Virus record (IMG/VR): IMGVR_UViG_3300046507_000526
Coordinates: 6,193 to 70,192 of that record
Origin: a virus
Taxonomy: Duplodnaviria; Heunggongvirae; Uroviricota; Caudoviricetes
Strand: one strand, 5' to 3'
DNA: 64,000 nt
Part shown: positions 55,311 to 64,000 of the stretch, piece after piece
How the letters are laid out: each line of letters begins with the position of its first letter
How positions within the stretch are numbered: position 1 is the first letter of the stretch
The notes under the pieces: model-generated
What the model was told of the DNA's origin: nothing
What the model saw: the letters and a program-made list of their open reading frames with translations, nothing else
The model's database searches: none
Made by a program: the position numbers and the translations under genes

Positions 55311-56930
55311 ATGCAACAAACCGATATTCTTTCTTTTTTCCCTCTCGAAAAACCAAGAGCGAATCAGAAAGCAGTTCTTCTGGAAATTGAAAAAGCATTT
55401 GCAGAAGGTAAGAAATTCATCATACTGGAAGCACCTGTTGGCTCTGGTAAATCTCCAGTAGCAATGACTTTCGCAAGAAAGTTTCAAGACTCTCATATCC
55501 TAACACCGCAGAAATCTCTGCAAAACCAATACTACGAAGATTTTGAGGAAGATTCTGTCCTTATGAAAGGCCGGAATGCTTATCCGTGTACTCGTGGTAA
55601 AAGTAAACGCATATATCTCAAAGCTATTAACGATATCAACAAAGGGCAGATTAGACAGCCTGGCCGTGACGAGGATAACTGTGCAACAGCTCCTTGCCGT
55701 AACAGTGAAGCTATTTTCAATCTGTGTGTGCAATCTCAAGGCATGTGTCCTTACACTGCAGCCATAGAGACTGCGCAGAAGCACCACACGGTTATTCACA
55801 ACATTCATTCTTTTATCTTTCAGACTAACTTTGGTGAGAAATTTGAAAAACGGAAGCTACTCGTAGTTGACGAAGCTCACTTGATTGAAGGTATCATTCG
55901 AGACTTCATAACCAAGAAGATTACAGTCAAGGGATTGGTCGAAGCTATCGATACCCCTAATGATAACAAGGTAGAAGCGTGGTGTGACTTCTTTGAGACT
56001 GAACGTTTTCTTCCGCCTTTGACAAAAGCAGAACAGTCTATGAAAGAAGTAGACGAAACGTATGTAACTGAACAAGATAGGTATCTTGAACAGATTATAT
56101 CGTTCCGTGAAAAAGCAGATTACTACGGAGAAGCGTTCACTGTTAAACGAATCCCTAATTATGTTGGGGAGCGCTGCGTAAGCACTACTTTTGAGTTCAT
56201 CCCTCATAGTGTAGGTAATGCGCCTACAAATTTGATTTTCCAGTACGGTGAACACGTTCTTCTGATGTCAGGTACGATTTACGATAAGAATATGTTTTGC
56301 AAGAGTATCGGGGTTAAACCTGATGACGCTTATTTTATTCGTGTACCTTCTACGTTTCCGTTGAAGACTCGTCCTATTTACTTGAAGCCGGATTATCAGG
56401 TTGATACTTCATTTGCAAACTGGGATGGTAATTTTAGGGAGATGATCGAGAAGATCAACAAGATTCTTAAAATCTTCCACGATGCTAAAGGATTAATACA
56501 TGTTCCGTCCTATCAGGCAGCTGAAGACATTGCGAGCTGGCTTCCCCCAGGTCGTGTCGTTTATCACGACAAATCAAATGTCCAGGAGAAACTTCAAGAA
56601 TTTTACAACTCCACAGAACCTAAGGTCTTTCTATCTCCTGTATGCCAACAAGGAGTTGACTTCAAATACGACCGTGCGAGATTCCAGATCGTACTACGTA
56701 TCCCGTACCTCAACACGTCGGATGAGTTTGTAAACTATAAAGTTAAAAACGATTTTTCATGGTACAATTACCAAGCAATGCTTACCTTCGGCCAGCAGAT
56801 AGGTCGAGTTAATCGTGCAGAAGATGATTTCGGAGTAACGTTTCTGATGGATTCCCGGTTCAACAAGTTTATCCAAAAGAATTCAGCTAAATTTCCGAAG
56901 TGGCTTAAAGACTCATTCATTTACAAGTAG
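55311..56930 (+). CDS. DinG/XPD-family helicase with Fe-S cluster
   Basis: EAPVGSGKS, KGRNAYPC..C..C..CPY, VVDEAH, MSGT, QGVDF, QQIGRVNR. Confidence 0.88.
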   Translation: MQQTDILSFFPLEKPRANQKAVLLEIEKAFAEGKKFIILEAPVGSGKSPVAMTFARKFQDSHILTPQKSLQNQYYEDFEEDSVLMKGRNAYPCTRGKSKRIYLKAINDINKGQIRQPGRDEDNCATAPCRNSEAIFNLCVQSQGMCPYTAAIETAQKHHTVIHNIHSFIFQTNFGEKFEKRKLLVVDEAHLIEGIIRDFITKKITVKGLVEAIDTPNDNKVEAWCDFFETERFLPPLTKAEQSMKEVDETYVTEQDRYLEQIISFREKADYYGEAFTVKRIPNYVGERCVSTTFEFIPHSVGNAPTNLIFQYGEHVLLMSGTIYDKNMFCKSIGVKPDDAYFIRVPSTFPLKTRPIYLKPDYQVDTSFANWDGNFREMIEKINKILKIFHDAKGLIHVPSYQAAEDIASWLPPGRVVYHDKSNVQEKLQEFYNSTEPKVFLSPVCQQGVDFKYDRARFQIVLRIPYLNTSDEFVNYKVKNDFSWYNYQAMLTFGQQIGRVNRAEDDFGVTFLMDSRFNKFIQKNSAKFPKWLKDSFIYK

Positions 56931-56936
56931 GTAGTT

Positions 56937-57137
56937 ATGTTTTTCCAATTCGATGAAAAGACCCTCAAGGACGCTATTGAGAACCAGAAGCGCAGAGAGG
57001 CAGAAGCTAAGGCTAATGAACCGAAGTTTGAGTATGAAGGTCATAAGCTGAAGTTCTTCCACGCTGTCGACGGTGAACTTATCGTAGATGCAGATCCACC
57101 GCTTGTGACTGAAGTAAAGGAAAAAACAAGCGAGTAG
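56937..57137 (+). CDS. Small hypothetical protein
   Basis: 66 aa in operon. Confidence 0.5.
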   Translation: MFFQFDEKTLKDAIENQKRREAEAKANEPKFEYEGHKLKFFHAVDGELIVDADPPLVTEVKEKTSE

Positions 57138-57139
57138 GT

Positions 57140-57418
57140 ATGTATATAATGTTGTTGATTTATTTGATAACTCTAGGGCTTTGTACTTGGTTCGGCCCTA
57201 AAGTAGCGGCTGTAATAGAAGAACGTGACGCAAGAGCGGAAGCCAGTAATGTTCACGCCATTGCGGCATTTTTGCTGGGTATCATCCCTGCATTAAATGT
57301 CCTGTTCTTGTTCTTCGGAGCTATATTGTTAGTTGATATAGCAAAGGTGCTTAAAGCGGATGACAAGGCGGGCATTTATGAATTTAATAAAAAACTAAGA
57401 GAATTGTTTGATGAGTAA
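57140..57418 (+). CDS. Two-TM membrane protein
   Basis: Two hydrophobic helices. Confidence 0.55.
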   Translation: MYIMLLIYLITLGLCTWFGPKVAAVIEERDARAEASNVHAIAAFLLGIIPALNVLFLFFGAILLVDIAKVLKADDKAGIYEFNKKLRELFDE

Positions 57419-57872
57419 CAGTATCCAAAAACATATGGCTCATGCAAAATTCATTGGTGAGCTATACAGTAAAGATCCATCTAGTAAAGTTGGTGCCCTT
57501 ATCCTTGGTTCCGATAACGAACCATTATCCTGGGGATACAACGGATTTCCGAGAGGAGCAAATGATGATCCGGATCAACACCCTGAAAGACATGATAGGA
57601 CAAAAGAGAAGTACCAGTGGGCAGAGCATGCTGAACGCAATGCTATCTACAGTGCTGCCCGCTCTGGCCATCAGTTGCGCGGTAGTAGAATCTTCGTATC
57701 TACTTTACCTACCTGTGTGGATTGTGCTCGTGCAATAGTTCAAGCCGGTATCAAGGAAGTGTATGTAGAAGCTGACGCTTTGCTGGTTGAACGCTGGCAG
57801 GAAAGTTGGGGCCTGGCTCAAAAGATTTATAAAGAGACAGGTGTTATTGTTTACGCAATGCCTAATACGTAA
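57408..57872 (+). CDS. dCMP deaminase
   Basis: SKDPSSKVGA, GYNGFPRG, HAERNAI, PTCVDC. Confidence 0.9.
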   Translation: MMSNSIQKHMAHAKFIGELYSKDPSSKVGALILGSDNEPLSWGYNGFPRGANDDPDQHPERHDRTKEKYQWAEHAERNAIYSAARSGHQLRGSRIFVSTLPTCVDCARAIVQAGIKEVYVEADALLVERWQESWGLAQKIYKETGVIVYAMPNT

Positions 57873-57878
57873 CTAAAA

Positions 57879-58511
57879 ATGAACAAACCGCTCCACTACG
57901 AAATTCATGTAACAGTTAAAACAGAAGAAGTAAACAGGTTTATGGAAGAGTGTGGAGCGGTGGGCGTAAAGCCTATTGTTCTAGACTTACAGAAGCAGGA
58001 CGGCGGTATCATCCAGGATGTGATGACCTCTTCGAAATTAACGGGGGATGATACAGATGCCTGGAACAGAATGAAAGAAGTGACGTGGTATTTACAGGCA
58101 AAAGGGTTTAACGTTGTTCGGGAAAAGATCGAAACTGTGCCTTGGCATTCGAAAGCGCTTATACATGATGCGAATTCGCAAGAGGGTTACTTTGAAACTC
58201 ACATACCAGTTATTGTGAAAGAGGATGAAGTAGCAGGCCTCATTAAAGTGGCTAAGTTTCTAGATCTACATCCAAGCAAAAACGCTCTCAAAAAGTTAGC
58301 CAGAAAACAAGTAGTACAAATGGTTACTTTAAGAAGAAAGGACTGTTCTAGTGAACAGTTTAAGAATTGGGTAGACTGGGCTTTAGAGTCTCTTCACAAG
58401 TACGGATACTCCTTACTGAAAGAACCTGAAATCGAGTATGCCCTTTACGATTCAAATGTCAATCACGACGCTTCCTGGATCGGTCAAAATTCCCCATCAG
58501 TTTTGGTATAA
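57879..58511 (+). CDS. Conserved phage protein with duplicated (Y/F)E-x-H motifs
   Basis: YEIHVTV and FETHIPV in two similar halves. Confidence 0.5.
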   Translation: MNKPLHYEIHVTVKTEEVNRFMEECGAVGVKPIVLDLQKQDGGIIQDVMTSSKLTGDDTDAWNRMKEVTWYLQAKGFNVVREKIETVPWHSKALIHDANSQEGYFETHIPVIVKEDEVAGLIKVAKFLDLHPSKNALKKLARKQVVQMVTLRRKDCSSEQFKNWVDWALESLHKYGYSLLKEPEIEYALYDSNVNHDASWIGQNSPSVLV

Positions 58512-58512
58512 G
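58504..58512 (+). promoter_or_regulatory. TGGTATAAG promoter overlapping a stop codon
   Basis: Exact motif upstream of 58623. Confidence 0.7.
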
Positions 58513-58622
58513 AGTATTGTGAAGTAGTACAAACATCTTAATTGCGCTAATTTTTTCGCCGTGCCAACCTGGAGTCAGAAAATGCAGATGCTGGACCTGT
58601 CGTTGAAAGAAAGGAATGAAAC

Positions 58623-59051
58623 ATGTCTAAACGAACCGATACTTCAAAAGAAGAAGATCAGGTTAAGCCGGAAGCCTTCTACTGGCCATTTCCGAGATTT
58701 AATTTTGGAAAAAACTCCAGCCAGGTTTTTTCAGGACCGACGGCAGTCGAAGATTTCAAACGAAGTAAAGAAGGTAACAATTCCTCTGCTGGAGGAAATA
58801 TCTCTGGAAGAAGTAATGTCGGAATTAAATCTTCCGATGTCTTGCCTGGGTCTGGGAAGCGGCGAGGACGACCACCAAAGAACGCAGGAATTTTGGACCA
58901 ACATAGGGATCTACCGATAGTATCACCATCTGAAGCTACTACAGTTTGGATGGAAACCCCTGGTGAATCAAAAACTTTAGCTTCTCAAAATGGAGAACAG
59001 CCTGTCAAGCGTGGAAGAGGCAGGCCCCGTAAGATTAAGCCTCTGGACTGA
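58623..59051 (+). CDS. Disordered protein with two AT-hook motifs
   Basis: KRRGRPPK (aa 79-86) and KRGRGRPRK (aa 129-137); AAGGA RBS. Confidence 0.7.
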   Translation: MSKRTDTSKEEDQVKPEAFYWPFPRFNFGKNSSQVFSGPTAVEDFKRSKEGNNSSAGGNISGRSNVGIKSSDVLPGSGKRRGRPPKNAGILDQHRDLPIVSPSEATTVWMETPGESKTLASQNGEQPVKRGRGRPRKIKPLD

Positions 59052-59135
59052 CTGAAAGAGATTTTTAGCTTTACTCGTAGGTAGAGACAAATGCCTTGGA
59101 ATTGGGACTGCTGGCCGGTGCCTCCGACGAAGTAA

Positions 59136-59918
59136 CTATCTCGTTGGGACCAGCTTTTCCTTAAGCATTTCCATTGCTTCCCGTTTATATGCGCGGAGTT
59201 GATCTTTGGAGATGCTAAGGTTTGATGCCATCTCCGCATGAGTTTTTTCATCACCGTCTTTCATGCCGTACGACATTGTGATGATTTCTTTGTGCGGGCT
59301 AGGTAGTTCATCGATCATCTGATGAATACGTTCTTTATCAATTCGGCTCTCTACTTCGGTCCCAATGGGATCGATTTCAAATTCAGGTCCATCTGAACCC
59401 ATATCCTCAATATAATATGTGAGGAATTTACTTTCTGAAAGTTCCCTGAGGTCTTTATCTGAGACTTCGGGGAATTGTTTCCTAAGATCTTCAAAAGAAC
59501 AATTGTCAGGATTCGCTTCCATGTATTTCTGAATACGTTGTCCAAGTTGTTGCCTCCAAATGGGAAGAGCTACAATACGGACTTTTGACATGGCATACAG
59601 AATTCTTTGATTCACCCACCACCCAGCATAGGAGAGGAATCGTACCTCTGGGGTTGGTTTATATTTTTCAAATCCGACAAGCAAGCCTTCGTTGGCTGCA
59701 CCGATTAGTTCTTCGAAAAGGTAGAGATCTCCGTTGCTAAAATATTTGGCTTGCTTGAATGAGAATCGGAGGTTACTCTGAATGATCCTATTTTTGATCA
59801 TTTCTTTTTTAGCTACAGATACACCGGGGTCATTAAATTCGAGAAATAAATCATACTCCTCTTCCCGTGTCAAGAGAGGCTGTGTGCAAATGCTTTCGTA
59901 ATATTTACTGAGATCCAT
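59136..59918 (-). CDS. Sigma-70 family sigma factor
   Basis: PLLTREEE (region 1.2), SNLRF..AK (2.1), ELIGAANEGLLVGFEKY..RFLSYAGWWV (2.2-2.4), HTH region 4. Confidence 0.9.
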   Translation of the reverse strand: MDLSKYYESICTQPLLTREEEYDLFLEFNDPGVSVAKKEMIKNRIIQSNLRFSFKQAKYFSNGDLYLFEELIGAANEGLLVGFEKYKPTPEVRFLSYAGWWVNQRILYAMSKVRIVALPIWRQQLGQRIQKYMEANPDNCSFEDLRKQFPEVSDKDLRELSESKFLTYYIEDMGSDGPEFEIDPIGTEVESRIDKERIHQMIDELPSPHKEIITMSYGMKDGDEKTHAEMASNLSISKDQLRAYKREAMEMLKEKLVPTR

Positions 59919-59999
59919 TTATAATTCCGTTTGAGACTCTTGCAGTCTCCTATGAAGGTAATGTATCATAGGGTACGTTAATAAAGCAAGAGCAATCTA

Positions 60000-60608
60000 A
60001 TGTCTAAATACCTAATTACCATCACTGGTCCTAGTGGATCAGGGAAAACTGAATTATTGAACAAGCTTTGCGAGACTGGGAAATTTTCCAGACTCATCAG
60101 TGTAGCCACCCGTCCTCCTCGTGCAGGTGAAAAAGATGGGGTTGATTATCACTTCACCAGTATTCCTGTTTTTGAAAGGCTGTTAGAACAGGATGCTTTC
60201 GTACAACATGTAAACTTTAGAGATCAGTACTACGGTACATTAAAAGATGATGCTAAGTCCGCAGTCAATTCAGAAACTGTGCCAGTCGTTATTGTAGAAC
60301 CGACAGGTGTTCCTCAGTTTCAAAAATTCTGCGAAGAGCAAGGGTTTACTCTATTCACCATCTTTGTCCAGGCAGACTTTGAAGTATTGGTCCATCGATA
60401 CATGACAAGGCTTGCACCAACTGATCTGGAAGATAGAGATAAAGTTGCCTATCATTCCAAGAGAATCGCAGCAATCCACAATGAACATTCGGATTGGCCG
60501 TCAACCACAAGTTTCAATTGCACCTTTCATAACTCGGGAAACAACTTGCGGTACATCGATGAAATGGCTACAATGGTTGGTAATTTCCTCATGGACAATA
60601 AACAATGA
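60000..60608 (+). CDS. Guanylate kinase-like NMP kinase
   Basis: GPSGSGKT, SVATRPPRAGEKDGVDYHF, YYGT. Confidence 0.88.
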   Translation: MSKYLITITGPSGSGKTELLNKLCETGKFSRLISVATRPPRAGEKDGVDYHFTSIPVFERLLEQDAFVQHVNFRDQYYGTLKDDAKSAVNSETVPVVIVEPTGVPQFQKFCEEQGFTLFTIFVQADFEVLVHRYMTRLAPTDLEDRDKVAYHSKRIAAIHNEHSDWPSTTSFNCTFHNSGNNLRYIDEMATMVGNFLMDNKQ

Positions 60609-60790
60609 CAGTAAAATGTGAAATGGAAACGAACGAAGAGCAGAAAATTATTGCTTTGTCGTTCACGAGTAGTACAGATACAGAACTCGATGTTCTTGAT
60701 GCGATTCGTACAGCGATGTTCGGTGACTTTGACAAACGTGGTGGTTATGTGAAATCCAACCAGCTAGTTGTTCAAATCAAGACCGAGTAA
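60605..60790 (+). CDS. Small hypothetical protein
   Basis: ATGA overlap with the kinase stop. Confidence 0.45.
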   Translation: MTVKCEMETNEEQKIIALSFTSSTDTELDVLDAIRTAMFGDFDKRGGYVKSNQLVVQIKTE

Positions 60791-61001
60791 ACAAATTGAG
60801 AATTTTTGGTATAACAGTAGTGAGACGATAAATGCTTGAAAAACAAGGTATGGTCGTCTTGACCGATGAGGACCTCGAAGAGTATAATAGAGGCAAAGTC
60901 TCCTCACGAGTACAAGAAACATGGGATCTCTCTTTTAGCGATCTCAAAGATATAATTGCGTCAAAGCAATACGTAACAATCAAAGTTAAGGAATAGAAGT
61001 A

Positions 61002-61853
61002 ATGAATCTCGATTCACTGAAAGCACTGGCAGCAAATCTCCCTGAATCGCATAAGCAAAATGCTCAGGATCTTCTTGAGCGCATGGAAGCAGTTGTTGAA
61101 GGTATCGGTGACGAACCGATTCGTTGGCGTGCTCCGATGCTGCGTATGCTTCAAGCAACGTCAGATCGTAGTAAAGCTCCGAAGGGTGCAGGTCCTGGTG
61201 ACTTCATTCTCGGCGAAGACAAGCTGGATCAACCCCTGCCCTTCATCATCCTGACTATCTACAATGGTCGTCAGTATTGGAGTCCGGATAAAGACGAGAA
61301 CAAGATGCTTTGTTCGAGCCCGGATGGTAAGGTAGGTTATATCGGCATGGAATGTAACAAGTGCCCGCATGGCAAGTTCGATGAAGAAGCTCGTAAGTCG
61401 GATTGCGGCAAGGTTAAGCAGGCATTGGTTATTACGGCAGACTTCAAGGAAATCTTTGTTCTGAATTTCTCGAAGACCAATTATACTGTCGGTATGGAAC
61501 TGGAAACGTTTGCCAAGAAGGCTGGCGTTGCTCCGTATCGTCGAGTTTACAATCTCAGCTCGAAGACTAATTCCAAGTATAAGAACGTTGAACAATTCGT
61601 TGTTGAACCGGCAGCAGGTACAGAAAAGAACGTGGCGGCTGAACTCGTTGATTTCCTGAAGGAACTCTTCGAAGTTGTCCGTGATGATCGTAAAGCTTCG
61701 CTGGAGAAGTTCTACGAAATTATCGAAGTGAAGCGTCAAGGCGGTGCCCCGGCCCTGACCAATGAAAGTGCTGATTCTGTAGTTCTGCTCGAAGGTCCGT
61801 CTGATGGCGGTGCCGAGGGCGACAATGATCTGGCAAGTAAGTATTCGGTTTAA
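61002..61853 (+). CDS. Single-stranded DNA-binding/recombination protein (probable)
   Basis: CSSPDG..C..CP..C pattern, acidic C-tail, highly expressed codon usage, terminator after. Confidence 0.55.
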   Translation: MNLDSLKALAANLPESHKQNAQDLLERMEAVVEGIGDEPIRWRAPMLRMLQATSDRSKAPKGAGPGDFILGEDKLDQPLPFIILTIYNGRQYWSPDKDENKMLCSSPDGKVGYIGMECNKCPHGKFDEEARKSDCGKVKQALVITADFKEIFVLNFSKTNYTVGMELETFAKKAGVAPYRRVYNLSSKTNSKYKNVEQFVVEPAAGTEKNVAAELVDFLKELFEVVRDDRKASLEKFYEIIEVKRQGGAPALTNESADSVVLLEGPSDGGAEGDNDLASKYSV

Positions 61854-61907
61854 GAAAATGTAAGACAAGGCTCCGTTCGCGGGGCCTTTTTCCTTAGGTA
61901 ATTCGCC

Positions 61908-62468
61908 GTGCAAGAAATTGAAAAGAACGCTCCGGTTCAAGAGAGCGAAGTTGACAATGAACATATTCCAGAATACATGAAAACGTGTATTCAACTGTCT
62001 ATTAATGAGCCGTTGGCTGAGACTGAGATCCGGGATAGATGCTTCCACTTGCTTAGTGGAGGGGCTATTTTCGGAGTTTGTATCGGAGAACTTCCGGACT
62101 CTTTTTTAGTCTCTAACAGTTGTCAGCTAGTTAGCGAATCTGGGAAAATAGACGGTAAACCTTTTGCCAGGTCCAGGGTCATTCGTCTTTTCCGTAATAG
62201 TATTGCGTTCATCTCTATTCCAGATAGGGAACATCGTTACTATTACTTTAAGTGGTTGAAAAAGCAGTTCAGCGATCAGATTGAATTCTTCAATAAAGAA
62301 CGCCGTGACATTATAGAGAAATACGTGTATGCTTATGAAAACAGCAAAACGAAAGTTGAGCAATCAGATGTACCAGAAGATAATGTCCATGACGTAGAAG
62401 AAGAAAGTGCTTCCATGATTGGCCTTGACTCATTCTGGTCAATTCATAACAGCACGGAATTTCACTAA
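61908..62468 (+). CDS. Hypothetical protein
   Basis: 186 aa. Confidence 0.5.
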   Translation: MQEIEKNAPVQESEVDNEHIPEYMKTCIQLSINEPLAETEIRDRCFHLLSGGAIFGVCIGELPDSFLVSNSCQLVSESGKIDGKPFARSRVIRLFRNSIAFISIPDREHRYYYFKWLKKQFSDQIEFFNKERRDIIEKYVYAYENSKTKVEQSDVPEDNVHDVEEESASMIGLDSFWSIHNSTEFH

Positions 62469-62469
62469 T

Positions 62470-63450
62470 ATGACGACGGAAATTAACAGCGTTTCAGACG
62501 TTGGAGATAAAGATGACAAGCTAAAAGAGATCTACAAGGATTTCCTTAAAACCCTGTACACTCAAAGCGACGCATTAGAAGAAGTAAAAATGGACGATAT
62601 CTCACTTGGACCATGGAGCCATAGTAAGCTCAAGGTTCTTGAGAAATGCCCGTTGCAGTTCTATTTGAAATATATCCTCAAGGCAAAGCTACCAATTCAA
62701 TTGGCAGAGGATCAAGATACCAGCATGGCGGATACAGGATCGGCGGCACACAAGATCCTGGAGTTGATTTTCGTTGGGCATAGTGTGAAAAGCGCATATG
62801 CAATGGCGAAGACCGAATTTGTGCCTGCTAGACTCACAGAAGAAATGTGGGTAGAAAAGATTGAAGGTGTTGAATTCAACATTACTCAGTTTTATGATCG
62901 TATTGAGTCGTTCAAGAAACGACACAAGATCAAGAAGATTTATACAGAACTTCGTCTCGGTATTACCAGAGATTGGAAGCCTACGAAGTTCTTTGCATCA
63001 GATGTGTGGATGCGGGGTGTGGTTGACTTTGTTATCATTCTGGAAAATGGGGATGCTCTTATTCTGGATTGGAAGTATGGTCCCCCGGCAGCAGCGGGTA
63101 TCAGAAATTATAAACAGCAACTAGATAGCTATAAACCGCTCATTAACTTCGGTCTGAAGCAGATTCGAGGAGCTACTTCCGGAGTAGGGTTTATCAAGGA
63201 TGGAGAAATCATTCTTGACGAGTTCACGCCAAGTGAAGACATTGAAGGTAAAATGAAGAACACCATCGAATTTAACGTCGAAGGTGCAATCGAATCAGTA
63301 AAGACTGCTGGTGAATTTGAACACCGCGTTGGATCCTGGTGTAAATGGTGCGAGTATGCTCCCTGGTGCAAAGCTAAGAAAGCTGATGGTAATCTCAAAC
63401 AGTTGGAAGCTGGCACCAAGAAGTTCTTTAAAATCGAAAAAGTGGTATAA
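62470..63450 (+). CDS. PD-(D/E)XK exonuclease with 4-Cys cluster (Cas4/RecB-like)
   Basis: SHSKLKVLEKCP, GSAAHKILE, RGVVDF..ILDWK, QLDSY, CKWCEY..C. Confidence 0.8.
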   Translation: MTTEINSVSDVGDKDDKLKEIYKDFLKTLYTQSDALEEVKMDDISLGPWSHSKLKVLEKCPLQFYLKYILKAKLPIQLAEDQDTSMADTGSAAHKILELIFVGHSVKSAYAMAKTEFVPARLTEEMWVEKIEGVEFNITQFYDRIESFKKRHKIKKIYTELRLGITRDWKPTKFFASDVWMRGVVDFVIILENGDALILDWKYGPPAAAGIRNYKQQLDSYKPLINFGLKQIRGATSGVGFIKDGEIILDEFTPSEDIEGKMKNTIEFNVEGAIESVKTAGEFEHRVGSWCKWCEYAPWCKAKKADGNLKQLEAGTKKFFKIEKVV

Positions 63451-63451
63451 G
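63443..63451 (+). promoter_or_regulatory. TGGTATAAG promoter overlapping the nuclease stop
   Basis: Exact motif upstream of the primase. Confidence 0.65.
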
Positions 63452-63554
63452 AGAACAGCTTTAGGGCTGTGATTAACAAAGCGGGCTTCACGTCCGCTTT
63501 TTTAATTTCTAGAAGTGTAGTATCCTTGTTGACTTGATTAAGGCGACGGTGAAG

Positions 63555-64000
63555 ATGTTTGACATAATTAAAAAGAGCGTTAACCTGCTTGAGCAGATTG
63601 CTAATGATACCGAGCAGGCTATTGTTGAGTGTGGTAGTGATACGTATAAATTCGAGGAAGATGAGGAAGTAGGTTGTTTCTTTTGCGGACACAAAGGGTG
63701 TCTGAAATTCTTCCTTAAGGAAGATGAGCCTGAGCGTGCTGGATATCATTGTTTTAGTTGCGAAGCTCATGGAGATGTAATTGGTTGGACTATGGAGTTT
63801 GCAAAGTCCAAAGGTGAGGAGTTAAATGCTCGTGACGCTGCTATCAAGCTGGCGAAAGAGCATGGCATTAAACTGCCGTCGGACTACAATCCGATTGCAG
63901 AGATTTTTCAACTAGCGGCTACGTATTATGAAACGTGCTTCTGGGAAGAATGCAATAAGCCGTACATGGAGTTAGCAAAGCTAACCCCAGCTCAGTACCA
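63555..64000 (+). CDS. dnaG: DNA primase, N-terminal Zn-binding domain (truncated by window end; not in ORF track)
   Basis: Translated by hand: CFFCGH..YHCFSCEAHGDVI..DAAIKLAKEHGIKL, a CHC2-type Zn domain. Confidence 0.8.
   Translation, partial: MFDIIKKSVNLLEQIANDTEQAIVECGSDTYKFEEDEEVGCFFCGHKGCLKFFLKEDEPERAGYHCFSCEAHGDVIGWTMEFAKSKGEELNARDAAIKLAKEHGIKLPSDYNPIAEIFQLAATYYETCFWEECNKPYMELAKLTPAQY

Noticed and set aside
58561-58920. Alternative ORF overlapping the AT-hook gene
   Set aside because: GTG start without RBS; the 58623 frame has an AAGGA RBS and coherent motifs
62470-63450. CRISPR-Cas system suggested by the Cas4-like nuclease and DinG
   Set aside because: No repeat-spacer array and no cas1, cas2, cas5 or cas7 seen; both genes sit in replication/metabolism context
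61161-63770. Minus-strand ORFs 61161..62048 and 63129..63770
   Set aside because: Shadows of the SSB, nuclease and primase genes
1-64000. tRNA/rRNA genes, diversity-generating retroelement, stop-codon reassignment
   Set aside because: No cloverleaf or rRNA-like stretch noticed by eye, no reverse transcriptase, and conserved genes are intact under the standard bacterial code; tRNAscan-SE would be needed to fully exclude tRNAs

Overview
This 64-kb window comes from a large, AT-rich tailed phage (myovirus-type, contractile tail), not from a cellular chromosome. The minus strand carries the virion module: tail tube and sheath, neck proteins, PhoH, a short HK97-fold major capsid protein, decoration and scaffold proteins, prohead protease, portal, fibre proteins and a bacterial-type multisubunit RNA polymerase in three pieces (beta fused to the beta' N-terminus, beta' middle, beta' C-terminus). 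The plus strand carries mostly non-structural genes: small membrane proteins, SNF2 and DinG helicases, lipoprotein transglycosylase, lipase, dCMP deaminase, guanylate kinase, SSB-like protein, PD-(D/E)XK nuclease and the start of a primase. A sigma-70-family gene lies on the minus strand near the end. Two promoter motifs separate by gene class: TGGTATAAG (plus strand, non-structural) and TAAAATA (structural). The most striking signal is a portable peptide tag, MNKYLEKIA, which ends in the K-x-A motif that saturates the head proteins and probably marks the prohead-protease cut site. The tag starts seven ORFs: small head proteins, an ADP-ribosyltransferase-like protein, a 51-aa basic peptide missed by the ORF track, a poxvirus NPH-I-like helicase and an HhH-DNA ligase fusion. 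The helicase and ligase lie in a late-promoter operon with a LigD phosphoesterase. Together this suggests a capsid-addressing code that loads a DNA end-repair/transcription kit into the virion. A -1 frameshift at A_AAA_AAG probably extends the scaffold protein. All functional calls rest on motif recognition by eye; no database searches were run.
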